Assembly (NCBI RefSeq): GCF_004010195.1
Contig: NC_057754.1
Coordinates: forward strand, 8,175,010-8,202,526
Direction of reading: 5' to 3'
DNA length: 27,517 nucleotides
Origin: Chiloscyllium plagiosum
Lineage: Eukaryota
This document shows positions 9,918-20,981 of the stretch, piece after piece. The notes under the pieces are model-generated. The model did not search any database. It had not been told where the DNA came from and was given only the letters and a program-made list of their open reading frames with translations. Position numbers and translations under genes: made by a program. Positions within the stretch are counted from its first letter, which is position 1; each line of letters begins with the position of its first letter.

Positions 9918-10539
9918 TGTGATGGAGTACTCCCCACTTGCTCCAACAACACTTAAGAAGCTCAACACCATCCAGGACAAAGCAGCCCCTGTTTGATTGG
10001 CACCGCGCACACAGACATCCACTCCCTCCGCCACCGACGCTCAGTCGCAGCAGGGCGTACCATCTAGACGAGGCACTGCAGGAGTTCACCAAGGCTCCTT
10101 GGGCAGCACCTTCCAGACCCATGACCATCTCGAAGGACAAGGGCAGCAGATACATGGGAACACCACCCTGCTGCAAGTTCCTGTCAGCTTCTCGTCATCC
10201 TGATTGAAACCACATTAGCCGTTTGGAAACGAGGGACGGGCAGGAGATGTTTTGGGCATAGCCACCTTGGTGGACGTACTGTGAAAGAATTTTAAAAAGC
10301 GGTGCTTTGATCCCAGAAAGCGGTGAACCACTCAACCAGTCTGAACCTCAGCGCAAACTCCTTCACCCGATAACATGACCACATCAGAGGTCACCATCAG
10401 GTCGGTGAGGGACACTTTAGAACAGGCAGTTATTAAAAGGAGTCTCACCCTCAGAGCTCTCTTCATTTTGGGTCACATAGGTCCACCGACTGAATAATAC
10501 CCTCACACACACATTAACTTCACCCCGCTCCCTCGGGAA

Positions 10540-11230
10540 ATGCGCCTCAGTAATACTGTCCGAAACAATTCCCACCACCACCGTCAAAAACGTTCAGAGG
10601 TACCCTCCAGAGGTAGCCTGCTCCAGATATGCCTGTCCAACGATATCTCAAGAAGTACCCTGCAGAAATTTCCTCAGAAATACCCTCCAGCGATACCAGA
10701 AGAAATAAGAAGTAAGGCCATTCGGCCCATCGAGTCCACTCCACCATTCAATCATGGCTGATGGGCATTTCAATGTCACTTACCCATGCTCACCTAAAAT
10801 ACCCTCAGAAATGTCCTCCAGAAATACCCTCTTGAAATACCCTGAAAGATACTCTCCAGAACTAGCCCCAGAGATACCTCTGAAAATACCCGTAGTTATG
10901 TTCCAAAAATGCCCTCGTAGATGCCCTCAGAAACACCCCAGCAGTGCCCTTGGAAATATCTTCCAGAAATACCCCAAGAGCCACTCTTCAGCCACTCTTC
11001 ACTCTACTGCCAGAAATATTCTCTAGAAATTGCCCCAGATGTAAATCCCAGAAACACCCTGCAGAAACTCTCCTCAGAAACTCTCCTCAGAAACTCTCCT
11101 CAGAAAGTGTATATCAAGACACACCCCTTTAGAAGTTCACACAGCAGTGACCCTTAGAAATTACCCCTCCCCACCCTCAATAATTTCCCCAGTCACATAC
11201 CCACAGTAAGACCCCTGGAATATCCCCACT
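10540..11230. repeat. Degenerate ~12-13-bp tandem repeat (cagaaataccctc-like)
   Basis: Repeated gaaataccctc/cagaaat motifs; cagaaactctcct occurs three times at 11062-11100. Confidence 0.7.
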
Positions 11231-11969
11231 AATGCCCCCACTCTTCACCTTTACTGAAAGGGCAGGGTGACAATAAGCCTGTCACAATGAACCCCTGAAC
11301 TATTCCTCTTGAAGGCCACTCCAACTTCCGACAAATGGCGTTTGTTTTGATGAGTGATTTTTCACGTCCCAGCACCCAGTTGGAGAGTGAGCTGATTAAA
11401 CTGAAAACCTCTGAACAGTAAAAAGATGTCAGCTGGCTAGACCAAACAGATGCTGGTGCCAGTAGTAATGACTTGGACTTGGCTGACTGCTCAGAATTAG
11501 CAGGCATTTCTAAGTACATGGAATTTCACCCTTCAGCTCCAGAGGTGGGGAAATACAAAGAGAAAGGTTTAAATCTTTATTACCATACGGGCCAGAGGTC
11601 TTGGAGAGCAGCATCGAAAATAGCGCTGCAAGTTTGTAGTGTGTTTCAACGATAATCCGGTTGTCTTTTAAAAGGATAACGGTGTTGTTTATCTTATCAC
11701 CTGGATGGCTTCATCAGGCGAGATGAGCATTGCTTTTTCGCTGCCGGGTCAGTAATCCAGAGGTTTAAGATAATAATCTGGAGATTTCCCAGTTCAAACC
11801 CCACTTTCGAGAATTTGTATTCAGTTTTTAAAGGATCTGAAAGGAAGAGGGGTTGTGTTTCCTTAAACAATACAGCAGGTACCGCTCATCCCCTTTGAGG
11901 CTGGAGCTCAGAATCCAGTCTGCTTCTCCAGTGGCCGTAAAGTAGTCCTCTGTTTGTGACGTTATACAT

Positions 11970-12665
11970 TTTGATTGGAACAATAGAGGTGCAAAGGAAC
12001 TTGGGCGTCTTAGTTCAGGATTCTCTTCACGTGCAAGTTCAGCTGGCAGTTAGGAAGGCAAATGCAGTGTTAGCATTCATTTCAAGAGGGCTAGAAGACG
12101 AGAACTGAGATGTACTACTGACTCTGTATAAGGCTCTGCTCAGACCGCATTTGGAATGTCCTGAGCAGTTTTGGGACCGTGAGGGAGGGGGCCAGAGGCA
12201 GTTTACAAGAACGATCCCAGGGGACGAAGGGCTTGTCATATGAGGGGTGGTTGAGGACTCTGGGCCTGTTCTCGATGGAGTTTAGAAGGACGGGGTGGGG
12301 TCTGAGTCAAACTTACAGAATACTGAGAGGCCTGGAGAGAGTGGACGTGGTGAAGATGTTTCCACCAGGGGGAGGGACTCAGACCCAAGGGCACAGTCTC
12401 AGAGGGAAGCAACAACTCGTTAGAACTGAGGTGAGGAGAAGTGTCTTCAGCCAGAGGGTGGTTAACCTGAGGAACGCCTTGCCGCAGAAGGCCTCGGAGG
12501 TCAAGTCATTGGGTGTCTTTGGGACAGAGATTGGTAGGTTCTTGATTGGTAAGAGGATCAAGGGTTATGGGGAGAAGGCTGTTGCAAACCACATCAGCCA
12601 TGATCGAATGACGGAGCAGACTTGATGGGACGAATGGCCTAATTCTGAACCTACATCTGATGGTC
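11970..12665 (+). mobile_element. CR1 LINE 3' fragment
   Basis: LSYEGWLRTLGLFSMEFRR and FSQRVVNLRNALP; tail gatgggacgaatggcctaattctg. Confidence 0.8.
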
Positions 12666-13659
12666 TCCCTCATGATCTTCGGTGCTGGAAGTTTGAACCA
12701 AAGCTTTCTGGCCTCTGTCCTGTCGAGTCCCGTTTACGTTTTACCTGCTTCAGTCAGGTCACCTTAAAATCTATTAATTTCTCGGGGATTGGTGCCAGAG
12801 GTTATTGGTTGTTCAGGCAGCATCAAGATGAGCACTTTTGCAGTCAGAATTTTATTCCAATTTGCACACCACAAGCTTCAAGCACCCTGATGACCCTTAC
12901 CCCATCCACACCCAATTTCTACCCATTTAACCCTTGATTAACATCTCAAGTTCCATTGGATCTCAGGCAGCCCCCACCAGACCCTACTAGATAATCAAGG
13001 TTAGGCCATAGTTTACTCAACCTTCAATTCCAGCCGGGAATTATACCTGAACCAACATCACTGAAACAAACTAGCTTGCCCTTGTCTCGTTGCCACTGGT
13101 TACAGCAGCTTGTTGTGGACAAGATGGCTGCTCCATTCCCTGGGAACCGGCATTGAGAGTGCGTCATTGACGGCCAATTGCCTTGGGAGGGTGGAAAGGG
13201 TGACAGAAACGTCTCTGAGGAAGGAGACGTGCTCTATCCCCTCTTCCTCCCCACTCCTGGTCTGCTGCAGACTGGCCTCTCCAAGGCAGCATTGCATCAT
13301 TAACGGGACAGCGAAGGCCTGAGTGGGGCGGGGGGCAGGGAGCCCTTCCAAGAAACGGAGCGATGGATGGTTTTTGTTTACTTCTGGAAGCGACTGCTGC
13401 GAGAGAAGGGGGTTGGGGAGGCTGGCAAACCTTCAGGAAGACGGGACCGTTTTGGCTGTTGTTCTTGTTACCATGGCGATTGTGTTCCATGTAGAGAACA
13501 GCAGCAGAGAAAAGTCAGTTGAGAGCCTCAAGGCCGGCTGAGCTCTGGGAGCCATTTTGACCCGGTCACACACACAGCCCTCAAATGGAGGTCGGGCACC
13601 GGGCTTTCTGTGTCACAGGAGCACGCCTGAGAGTGAGTCGGGCGGTGCTTTTGTATTTG

Positions 13660-14290
13660 AGGCCTGCTTAGTCTGTTTATCTGAGGAGGGATGACCTGGC
13701 CATGGAGGGAGTGCAGCGAAGGTTGATTCCAGACTATGAAGAGAGACCTGATCAGTTAGGATTATATTCACGGAGGTGTTCAGAAGGATGAGGGGGGGCA
13801 GTCTCATTAAAACAAACCTGTAAAATCCTATCAGGATTAACGCATGAAGGATGGTCCCGAAGACTGGGGAAGTCCAGAGCCAGAGGGTCACGTTCTAAGG
13901 ATTACGGGGTAAGTTACATAGAATCCCTACAGTGTGGAAGCAGGCTATTCGGCCCATCGTGTCCGCCCTGTGACCCTCTGGAGAGCAGCCCACGAACACC
14001 CACCCCCCTTACACTGCCTTCTTCCTGTAACCCTGTATTTCCCACGGCCAGTCCACGCTAACCTGCGCATCGTTGGACTGTGGGAGGAGACCCACGCAGA
14101 CACGGGGTGAACGTGCAAACTCCACGCAGGCAGTTGCTGGAGGGTAGAATCGAATGCAGGTCCCTGGCGCCGACCACTGAGCCACTGTGCCCGCCCAGGG
14201 CGAAGGACTGAGATGAAGAGAAACATCTTCACCCAGAGAGTGATGAGAATTGTCTGTCACAGAAAGCGGTTAAGGCCAAAACATTAACCT
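13660..14290 (+). mobile_element. Degenerate CR1 fragment interrupted by a SINE
   Basis: ggagggagtgcagcgaaggtt..cagaaggatgagggggg, resuming after the SINE with catcttcacccagagagtgatgagaa. Confidence 0.6.
13915..14192 (-). mobile_element. Degenerate HE1/V-SINE
   Basis: cccacgcagacacggggtgaacgtgcaaactccac and accactgagccactgtgcc. Confidence 0.8.
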
Positions 14291-14518
14291 CGGCCACGCA
14301 GATTTGAAATGGGCTGAGAGAAAGGGAAAAGTAATTGCGTTTTGGTAATTCAAGCAAGGGCAGGACTTGTACAATTACTGACAGTGTAATTGTACACTGG
14401 GTAGTGTTGTAGAACAGAGATACCTAAGGGTTCAGGGACATAATTCTTTGAAATTTGTGTCACAAATCAACAGGTTAGGAAGGCGTCTAGCATGTTTACC
14501 TTCATTGCTCCATTTGAG

Positions 14519-14835
14519 TAGATTAGATTAGATTCCCTACAGCGTGGAAACAGGCCCTTCGGCCCAACAAGTCCACACCGACCCTCCGAAGAGCAACCCA
14601 CCCAGACCCATTGCCCTACATTTACCCCTTCACCTAACACAACGGACAATTTAGCATGGCCAATTCACCGAACCTGCACATCTTTGGACTGTGGGAGGAA
14701 ACCGGAGCCACCCGGAGGAAACCCACGCAGACACGGGGAGAACGTGCAAACTCCACACAGTCAGTTGCCTGAGGCGGGAATTGAACCCGGGTCTCTGGCG
14801 CTGTGAGGCAGCAGTGCTAACCACTGTGTCACCAT
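14519..14835 (-). mobile_element. Near full-length HE1/V-SINE nested in a CR1 fragment (~14300-15205)
   Basis: (tagat)n tail, V-core and A/B boxes on the minus strand; LINE sequence continues on both sides. Confidence 0.9.
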
Positions 14836-14944
14836 GAGTCGGGACATCACATTGACGTTGTACATGACATTAGTGAGGCCTCTTCTAGGGGTACTGCGTA
14901 TATCATGTTATAAACTGATGAGGGTGGGTGAGTTTAAACTTAGG

Positions 14945-15205
14945 AGGCACAATTAAGATGAGAGGAGAAAGATTTAAAAAGGACATGAGGGGCAATATTT
15001 TTACACAGACGATGGTTTGTGTGTGGAATGAACTGCCAGAGAAAGTGGTGGATAAAGGTTCAGTTACAACATTTAAAAGGCATTTGGTTAATTACATGAA
15101 TAGGAGAGGTTTGGAGGGGCAATGGGCCAAGGTGGGGCTAGTTTAGTTTGGTCGGTGTGGACGGGTTGGACTGAAGGGTCTGTTTCCATGCTGTATGACT
15201 CTATG
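14945..15205 (+). mobile_element. CR1 LINE 3' end
   Basis: MRGERFKKDMRGNIFTQTMVCVWNELPEKVV; tail gaagggtctgtttccatgctgtatgactctatg. Confidence 0.8.
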
Positions 15206-15559
15206 GGAAGTGATTTTCCCTCCCGGTAAAGCCTTCGAAACAGAAACACCCACGGTTATAAGGCTGTCTGATTGGCAGAATCGCCCGGGGGGTGTCTGCT
15301 GATGTCATGGCACAGCAGCAGTTCACTCCCCTGTCTCTGAGGAATGGGCCTATCAGGAAGTCACTGTTGGGATGAAAGAGGAAGAGGACAGGAAGCACTG
15401 GTGGATATCGTGTGCACTGAACTGGCCAGAAGTAAGCCTGACGTTAACATTGTAAACTCGATATGCTGTAATTACCCCCTCCCATTGGCAGCTGAGTTTG
15501 TGCAAAAGTGGACATTCGATTTGGCAATTGAAAGATCAAAGACTGTTGCTGAATCCCCT

Positions 15560-15865
15560 CACGATCCACGTCCTGGTTATGCAATTGACCAGAACCTGAC
15601 CTGGACCTGGCGCATAAACCCATTAGTTACAAGCGCAGCTCAGAGTTTAGCAATACTGCAGCAAGTAACTCATGTTCTGAGTTCGCAAACTCTGTTCATC
15701 GTCAACAAGGCGTAAGTCAGGAGTGTGAGGGAATGCGCCCCGCTCGCCCAGAATGGGGGTAGCTCCACATCATCCAGGACAAAGCAACCTGCAACAGTTT
15801 CTTCACTCCCTGTACCACAGTGTGCACTCCCTCTGCTACAGTGTGCGCTACAGCAACTCATCAAT
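15560..15865 (+). mobile_element. Non-LTR retrotransposon fragment (second family)
   Basis: caacaaggcgtaagtcaggagtgtgagggaatgc and catccaggacaaagcaacctg, homologous to 9720-9990. Confidence 0.6.
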
Positions 15866-16029
15866 TAACTGATTGCAGAGTCAAAGGGGTATAGCACAGG
15901 AGGAGACTGTTCAGCCCATTGTAGCCTGCACTGGCTCTTCATACGAGCTAAATGTCTTTCTGCCAATTTCCCGCTCTGTCCACTGCCCCTTTCTGACATT
16001 TTCTGTGGAGAGCTGATTGGGCTGATAAT

Positions 16030-17232
16030 ATTTGATAAGATTCCCCATGGTAGACTCATTCAGAAAGTCAGGAAGTATGGGATACAGGGAGATTTGGCTG
16101 TCTGGATTCAGAATTGGTTGGCTGACAGAAGGCAGAGAGTGATTGTCGATAGAAAGTATTCTGCCTGGAGGTGGGGTCCCGCAGGGCTCTGTTCTTGGGC
16201 CTCTGCTCATTGTAGTTTTTATAAATGACTTGGACGAAGAGGGTGAGGGCTGGGTTAGTAAATTTGCCGATAACACAGAGGTTGGAGGTGTTGTCGATAG
16301 TATCGAGGACTACTGCAGGCTGCAGTGCAACATAGACAGGATGCAGAGCTGGGCTGAGAAATGGCAGATGGAGTTCAACCTGGATAAACGCAAAGTGATG
16401 CATTTTGGAAGGTCGAACTTGAATGCTGAATGTAGGATTAAAGACAGAATTCTTGACAGTGTGGAGGAACAGAGGGATCTTGGTGTTCAAGTACATAGAT
16501 CCCTCAAAGTTGCCACCCAAGTGGATAGGGTTGTTAAGAAAGCATATGGTGTTTTGGCTTTCATTAACAGGGGGATCAAGTTTAAGAGCCGTGAGGTTTT
16601 GCTACAGCTCTACAAGTCCCTGGTGAGACCACACTTGGAATATTGTGTCCAGTTCTGGTCGCCTTACTATAGGAAAAATACAGAGGTTTTGGAGAGGGTG
16701 CAAAGAAGGGTGTTTCCGTGCTGTACATCTCTATGACTCTATATCAGTTTAGTTCATTTCTGATCAGAAACCAGGCCTTACCAGGATGCTGCCTGGACTG
16801 GAGGACTTGCCTTACGAAGAAAGGTTGAATAAGCTCGGACTTTTCTCTCTGGAGAGAAGGGGGAAGAGAGGAGACCTGATCGAGGTGTACAACGTAACGA
16901 GAGGAATAGATAGAGTCAATAGCCAGAGACTCTTCCCCAGGGCAGGATTGATGGGTACGAGGGGTCATAGTTTTAAGATATATGGGGAAATGTATAAAGG
17001 AGATGTCAGAGGTAGGTTCTTTATGCATAGAGTTGTGAATGCATGGAAAGCATTGCCAGCGGTGGTGGTGGGAGCAGAGTCATTGGGGACATTTAAGTAA
17101 CTGCTGGACAGGCACGTGGATAGCAGTGAATTGAGGAGTGTGTAGGTTAAATTATTATATTTTACATTAGGATTAAACCTCGGCACAACATCGTAGGCCA
17201 GAGGGCCCGTTCTGTGCTGTACTTTTCTATAG
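16030..17232 (+). mobile_element. 5'-truncated CR1 LINE with reverse transcriptase remnant (inactive)
   Basis: GVPQGSVLGPLL..FINDL..SKFADNT (catalytic FADD changed to FADN)..[20 protein letters not shown]. Interrupted at ~16710-16778, then LPGLEDLPYEERLNKLGLFSLERR. Confidence 0.92.
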
Positions 17233-17639
17233 ACCATTTCTAGCCCTTTAGCAATCCAAGCAACAGACATTAATTCTGTTTCATGTCTGAATTGACCCTA
17301 ATGTTTAGTAATAGATTCTTGTAAATCACCTTATCATATGCCATGTATAAATTATCTAATGCATTTTATCCATACAGTCAGTTATTTCTTCAAAAAATTT
17401 CATTAGATTTGTTAGACATAATTCCTTTAAGAAATATGCACTGATCTTGATTATCCAAGTGCTGCCTTGTAGTTGTTCAATTGATCCTATGGTTCTTTCT
17501 TGAATAGTAATGTTATATAGACAATGCTCCAGTTTACTGGCAAAATCAATATATCTGATGGTGGAGTAGTGATAATGTTACTGGACTAATAATCCAGAAC
17601 TAAAGTTTTTCTTAAAAATGATGGCTTTAAGTCCATGTG

Positions 17640-17975
17640 CTGTAGATAGACTCTTAATGCCCTTATGGAGTAAGTTCCAGGATTTTGCCCCCTGACAATG
17701 AAGGAAGAGTAATATGTTTCCAAGTCAGGATGGTAAGTGGCTGAGAAGGGAACTTGCAGGTCCTGTTGCGCCTATGTATCTGCTGCCCTTGTCCTTCTAG
17801 ATGGTGGTGGTCACGGGTTTGGAAGGAACTGTGTAGGATCTTTGAATTTCTGCACTGCCTCTTTTAGATAATAGACACAACTGCTTCTGAGCATCTGTGG
17901 TGGAGAGAGTTAATGCTTGTGGCTACAGTGTCAATCAAGCAGGTTACTTTATCCTGGATGATGTCAAATTTCTTA
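17640..17975 (-). mobile_element. Non-LTR retrotransposon fragment (second family)
   Basis: Reverse complement of 9965-10210 and 6230-6280 motifs (gttccaggattttg, gaacttgcagg, tatctgctgcccttgtccttc, ttatcctggatg). Confidence 0.65.
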
Positions 17976-18418
17976 ACTGAGCCTGTCCTCTGAGCAAATT
18001 TCACTCCGAGCAGTCTTGGATGGTGAAGGCTTGTGCCACACAGGGAAGGGAGCCGGATGGTGACAGAATGGAGGAAGGAGTCTCATAGCGCTGTGCCAGA
18101 CAACACCAAACCTACTCTGTAACAAACACTACATCGGACAGACAGGCAGAAAGCTAGCCACCAGGATACACAAACACCAACTAGCCACCAAAAGACATGA
18201 CCCACTATCACCACTATCCTTACACACAGATGAAGGACGACTGGGACAACACACCCACCCTGGGACAGCCGAAACAGAGACACGCACGGGAATTCCTAGA
18301 GGCCTGGCATTCCAACCGGAACTCCATCAACAAACACATTGATTTGGAGCCCAATTACCAACCTCTGAGGAAAAGAACCGGAAATGATATCACCCCCTTT
18401 AACAGACCAAGACGCATC

Positions 18419-18627
18419 CAGGTATCCCCCGCTCTCTGAAAGTAGAGCGTTCCTGTGAAATCTTTCACAAACTGAAATAGCGTAAAGCGAAGAAGCGTTC
18501 ATTTATATGGGACGGATGTTTTGTAAAAGCGAAAATCATCTACGGATTTCTTTCAGTTAGTGAATACAGGTACTAATGTAGGTCTTTCTTAAAAGCCAAG
18601 TGGCATAAAGTGAGCGGGGGATACCTG
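18419..18627. mobile_element. 209-bp MITE (Tc1/mariner, pogo/Tigger-like) nested in the Penelope remnant
   Basis: Perfect 16-bp terminal inverted repeats CAGGTATCCCCCGCTC (18419-18434) and GAGCGGGGGATACCTG (18612-18627); TA on the right flank, TC on the left. Confidence 0.85.
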
Positions 18628-18668
18628 TAAATAGAAAGTGAGACCGAACCCCAGCGCTTCACCGGAGG

Positions 18669-18710
18669 CTCACTGGTGATGTCACCGAGCACGGTGACGA
18701 AACGTCTGAG
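18669..18710 (+). ncRNA. Minimal type I hammerhead ribozyme motif (core A6 to G variant)
   Basis: CTCA (stem I) - CTGGTGA - T - GTCACCG/AGCA/CGGTGAC (stem II) - GAAAC - GTC - TGAG (stem I'). Confidence 0.75.
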
Positions 18711-18802
18711 AACAAACCCACCAGCTCAGCGAGCGAGCCCTCAACCTGAACCTCAACCCGAGGTACAAACCATCTCTAAAACGGCAAGCCTCTGTGACCT
18801 AC

Positions 18803-20226
18803 CTGTACACCAGCGTTTCATCCACCGAGGAGTTGTACTGGATCTGGTACATCCACACCCGGCGCGGAGAGGCGGCGCTTGGCCAACGCACCAGAGCGCC
18901 TGTGTCGGTCACGTCCAGCACGGCGACGATCTCCTCGTCCGCCTGGCCCTCCTGCACCTCCCCCTCCTCCTCGCCCTCCCCCTGCTGCTCGTCTGGGCGT
19001 CGCCGGGGCGGCCTGTTGGAGGTGGTGATGTCCGAGGAGCCGGGCCGGCGGTGGGGGGCCCGGGCCGAGCCGTTGCCGCCGTGGGGCAGGGGGATGATCT
19101 TGAGGTCGGCCAGGGCGCTGGACTCGCCGGCGGCGTTGGTGGCGAAGCAGGCGTAGGTGCCGTCGTCGGCCGCGGTGGTGACCAGGATGTCCAGGGTGCC
19201 GTTGCGGTAGGAGGTCACCCGGGACGAGTTGACGACGATCTTGTCGCCCGGCGACACCCAGTGGATGGCGGGCTCCGGGTCGCCCACCGCCCGGCACTTC
19301 AGGGTGGCCCGCTGACCCTCGAGCACCCAGACCCGGTGGGTGTGGCGGGTGATGAGCGGCGGCTCACAGACAAACTCCTCCTCTGGCACCGACCAGAAGT
19401 AGCGGCCGGCCAGGGGGGGCGGGGCTGCGCATGTCTCCAGGTCGTTCTGACGCGCCAGGCGCCGCAGCCAGAGCAGCTCGCAGTTGCAGTGCAAGGGGTT
19501 ACCGCCAAAACTGAGGGCCACGGGCGAGAACGGGGAAGGCCCGAGGGGCGCGGCGCCGGCCTGGGAGCGGGCGAAGAGCGGGTCTGGCGGCAGCGTCCGC
19601 AGCCGGTTGGACGTCATGTCGAGCCGCGCCAGCTTGCCCAGCTCGCCGAAGGTGCCCGCCACCACGTGCTCGATGAGGTTGTGGTCCAGGTTGAGGGTGT
19701 GCAGGTTGACCATGGCGCGGACCGCCCGCCAGGGCACCCGCTGCAGGTTGTTGAAGGACAGGTCCAGGTCCTCCAGGGTGAACAGGAAGTCATCGAAGGC
19801 GGCGGCGCCGATGGTGACCAGCTGGTTGTTGTTGACGATGAGGTGCTGCAGGTTGACCAAGCCGCTCAGGTTGTGGTCCCGCAGCGCGGTGAGCCGGTTG
19901 CCGTCCAGGTGCAGCGAGCGCAGGCTCTCCAAGTCTGCGAAGGCAAAGGCCTGGATGGAGCTGATGGTGTTGCGGGACAGGGTGAGGTCCACCAGGCCGG
20001 ACATGTTGACAAAGTCCTGCTGCCCCACCGCCCGGATGAAGTTGTCGGCCAGCCGCAGCTCCACCGTGCGCCGGTCGATGTTCCCCGGCACGAAGAGCAG
20101 CCCCTTGTTGGCGCACAGCGTGCTGAGTGACTCCGACAGGTTCTGACACACGCAGTGAAAGGGGCAAGCCTCAGCCTGTGCTGTCAAGGCCCCGACCAGC
20201 AGGCAGCCCAGGAGGAGCCTCTGCAT
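18803..20226 (-). CDS. LRFN4: LRFN4/SALM3 coding exon 1: signal peptide, LRRNT, LRRs, LRRCT, Ig domain, first half of FN3
   Basis: ORF 18799..20343 from Met40 (ATG 20226-20224, context tcaacgATGc) reads [39 protein letters not shown]...[14 protein letters not shown]...[16 protein letters not shown]...[17 protein letters not shown]...[15 protein letters not shown], closely matching recalled human LRFN4. Upstream acceptor ctaatcccgtgcggttcttgcccgcag|G (exon starts 20246). Donor AG|GTAGGT with GT at 18802-18801. Confidence 0.95.
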
Positions 20227-20691
20227 CGTTGATCCGTCAGGGAGACCTGCGGGCAAGAACCGCACGGGATTAGCTCGGTGCACAACCCATCCATCAGACC
20301 CAGGGCCAGAATGAGGCCATTCAGCCCATCCAGTCAGCTCCACTACTCAATGACATCCTGACTGATCTGATCATCTCAAGGTCCATTTTCTAGCGTTTAC
20401 CCCCAATCCTTGATTGTCTTCATATCTATCTTCCTGCATTTTACTCCCCCAGCATCCTAAAATCCATTTTCCTGCCATTTCACCCCCAAACACTTGATTC
20501 CGTGATCATCCTTAAGTCCATTTTCCTGCCTTTTCCCCCAACCCTTGCTTCCCCCTGCTAAACCAGGAATGGATATCTCGGAACGAGTCATGGTGGACGT
20601 GACAGTACAATGAAAATGCTTCTTGACCACTCAGGCCCTTTCGGGAAAGATTTCTGTTGTCTTTGATTCGCCTGACCTGCATGTGACTCCA

Positions 20692-20981
20692 AGGATGGCT
20701 CAGTGGTTAGCGCTGCTGCCTCACAGCGCCAGGGACTCGGGTTCGATCGGGCGACTGTCTGTGTGGGGTCTGCACACACTCCCCGTGTCTGCGTGGGGTT
20801 CCCTCCAGGTGCTCCAGTTTCCTTCCACAATCCAAAGATGTGCAGGTTAGGGTGGATTGGCCGTGCTAAGTAGCCCGCAGTGTTCAGGGATGTGCAGGTT
20901 AGGTGCATTAGTTACAGGGGAATGGGTCAGTGTGGATTTGTTGGGCCGAAGGGCCTGTTTCCACACTATAGGGATTCTATG
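20692..20981 (+). mobile_element. HE1/V-SINE
   Basis: tggctcagtggttagcgctgctgcctcacagcgccaggg, gggttcgatc, V-core, tail gggccgaagggcctgtttccacact. Confidence 0.85.

Larger units (their letters stand above)
9620..10215 (+). mobile_element. Non-LTR retrotransposon fragment (second family), interrupted by an insertion
   Basis: ctacaaggcacaagtcaggagtgtgatggagtactccccacttgc and ccatccaggacaaagcagcc (YKAQVRSVMEYSPLA..TIQDKA); homologous to 15690-15790. Confidence 0.7.
18118..18788 (+). mobile_element. Penelope-like element 3' remnant: GIY-YIG endonuclease C-terminus plus terminal repeat
   Basis: From 18118 it reads CNKHYIGQTGRKLATRIHKHQLATKRHDPLS, then in another frame WDNTPTLGQPKQRHAREFLEAWHSNRNSINKHIDL, the typical YIGxT..R..(E)H / R..LE..N pattern of Penelope GIY-YIG. 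A hammerhead motif follows downstream. Confidence 0.85.
3969..18802 (-). other. LRFN4 phase-2 intron, 14,834 bp
   Basis: Canonical GT...AG ends; the reading frame is preserved across the junction within the FN3 domain (VYR|IVP). Confidence 0.92.

Noticed and set aside
18676..20130. 484-aa plus-strand ORF and other ORFs overlapping exon 1
   Set aside because: Antisense or alternative-frame shadows of a very GC-rich exon; no recognisable domain, and the start lies inside a Penelope repeat.
20227..20343. 39-aa N-terminal extension of the 514-aa ORF
   Set aside because: It crosses a clear splice acceptor at 20247 into LINE-tail sequence; the signal peptide starts at ATG 20226.
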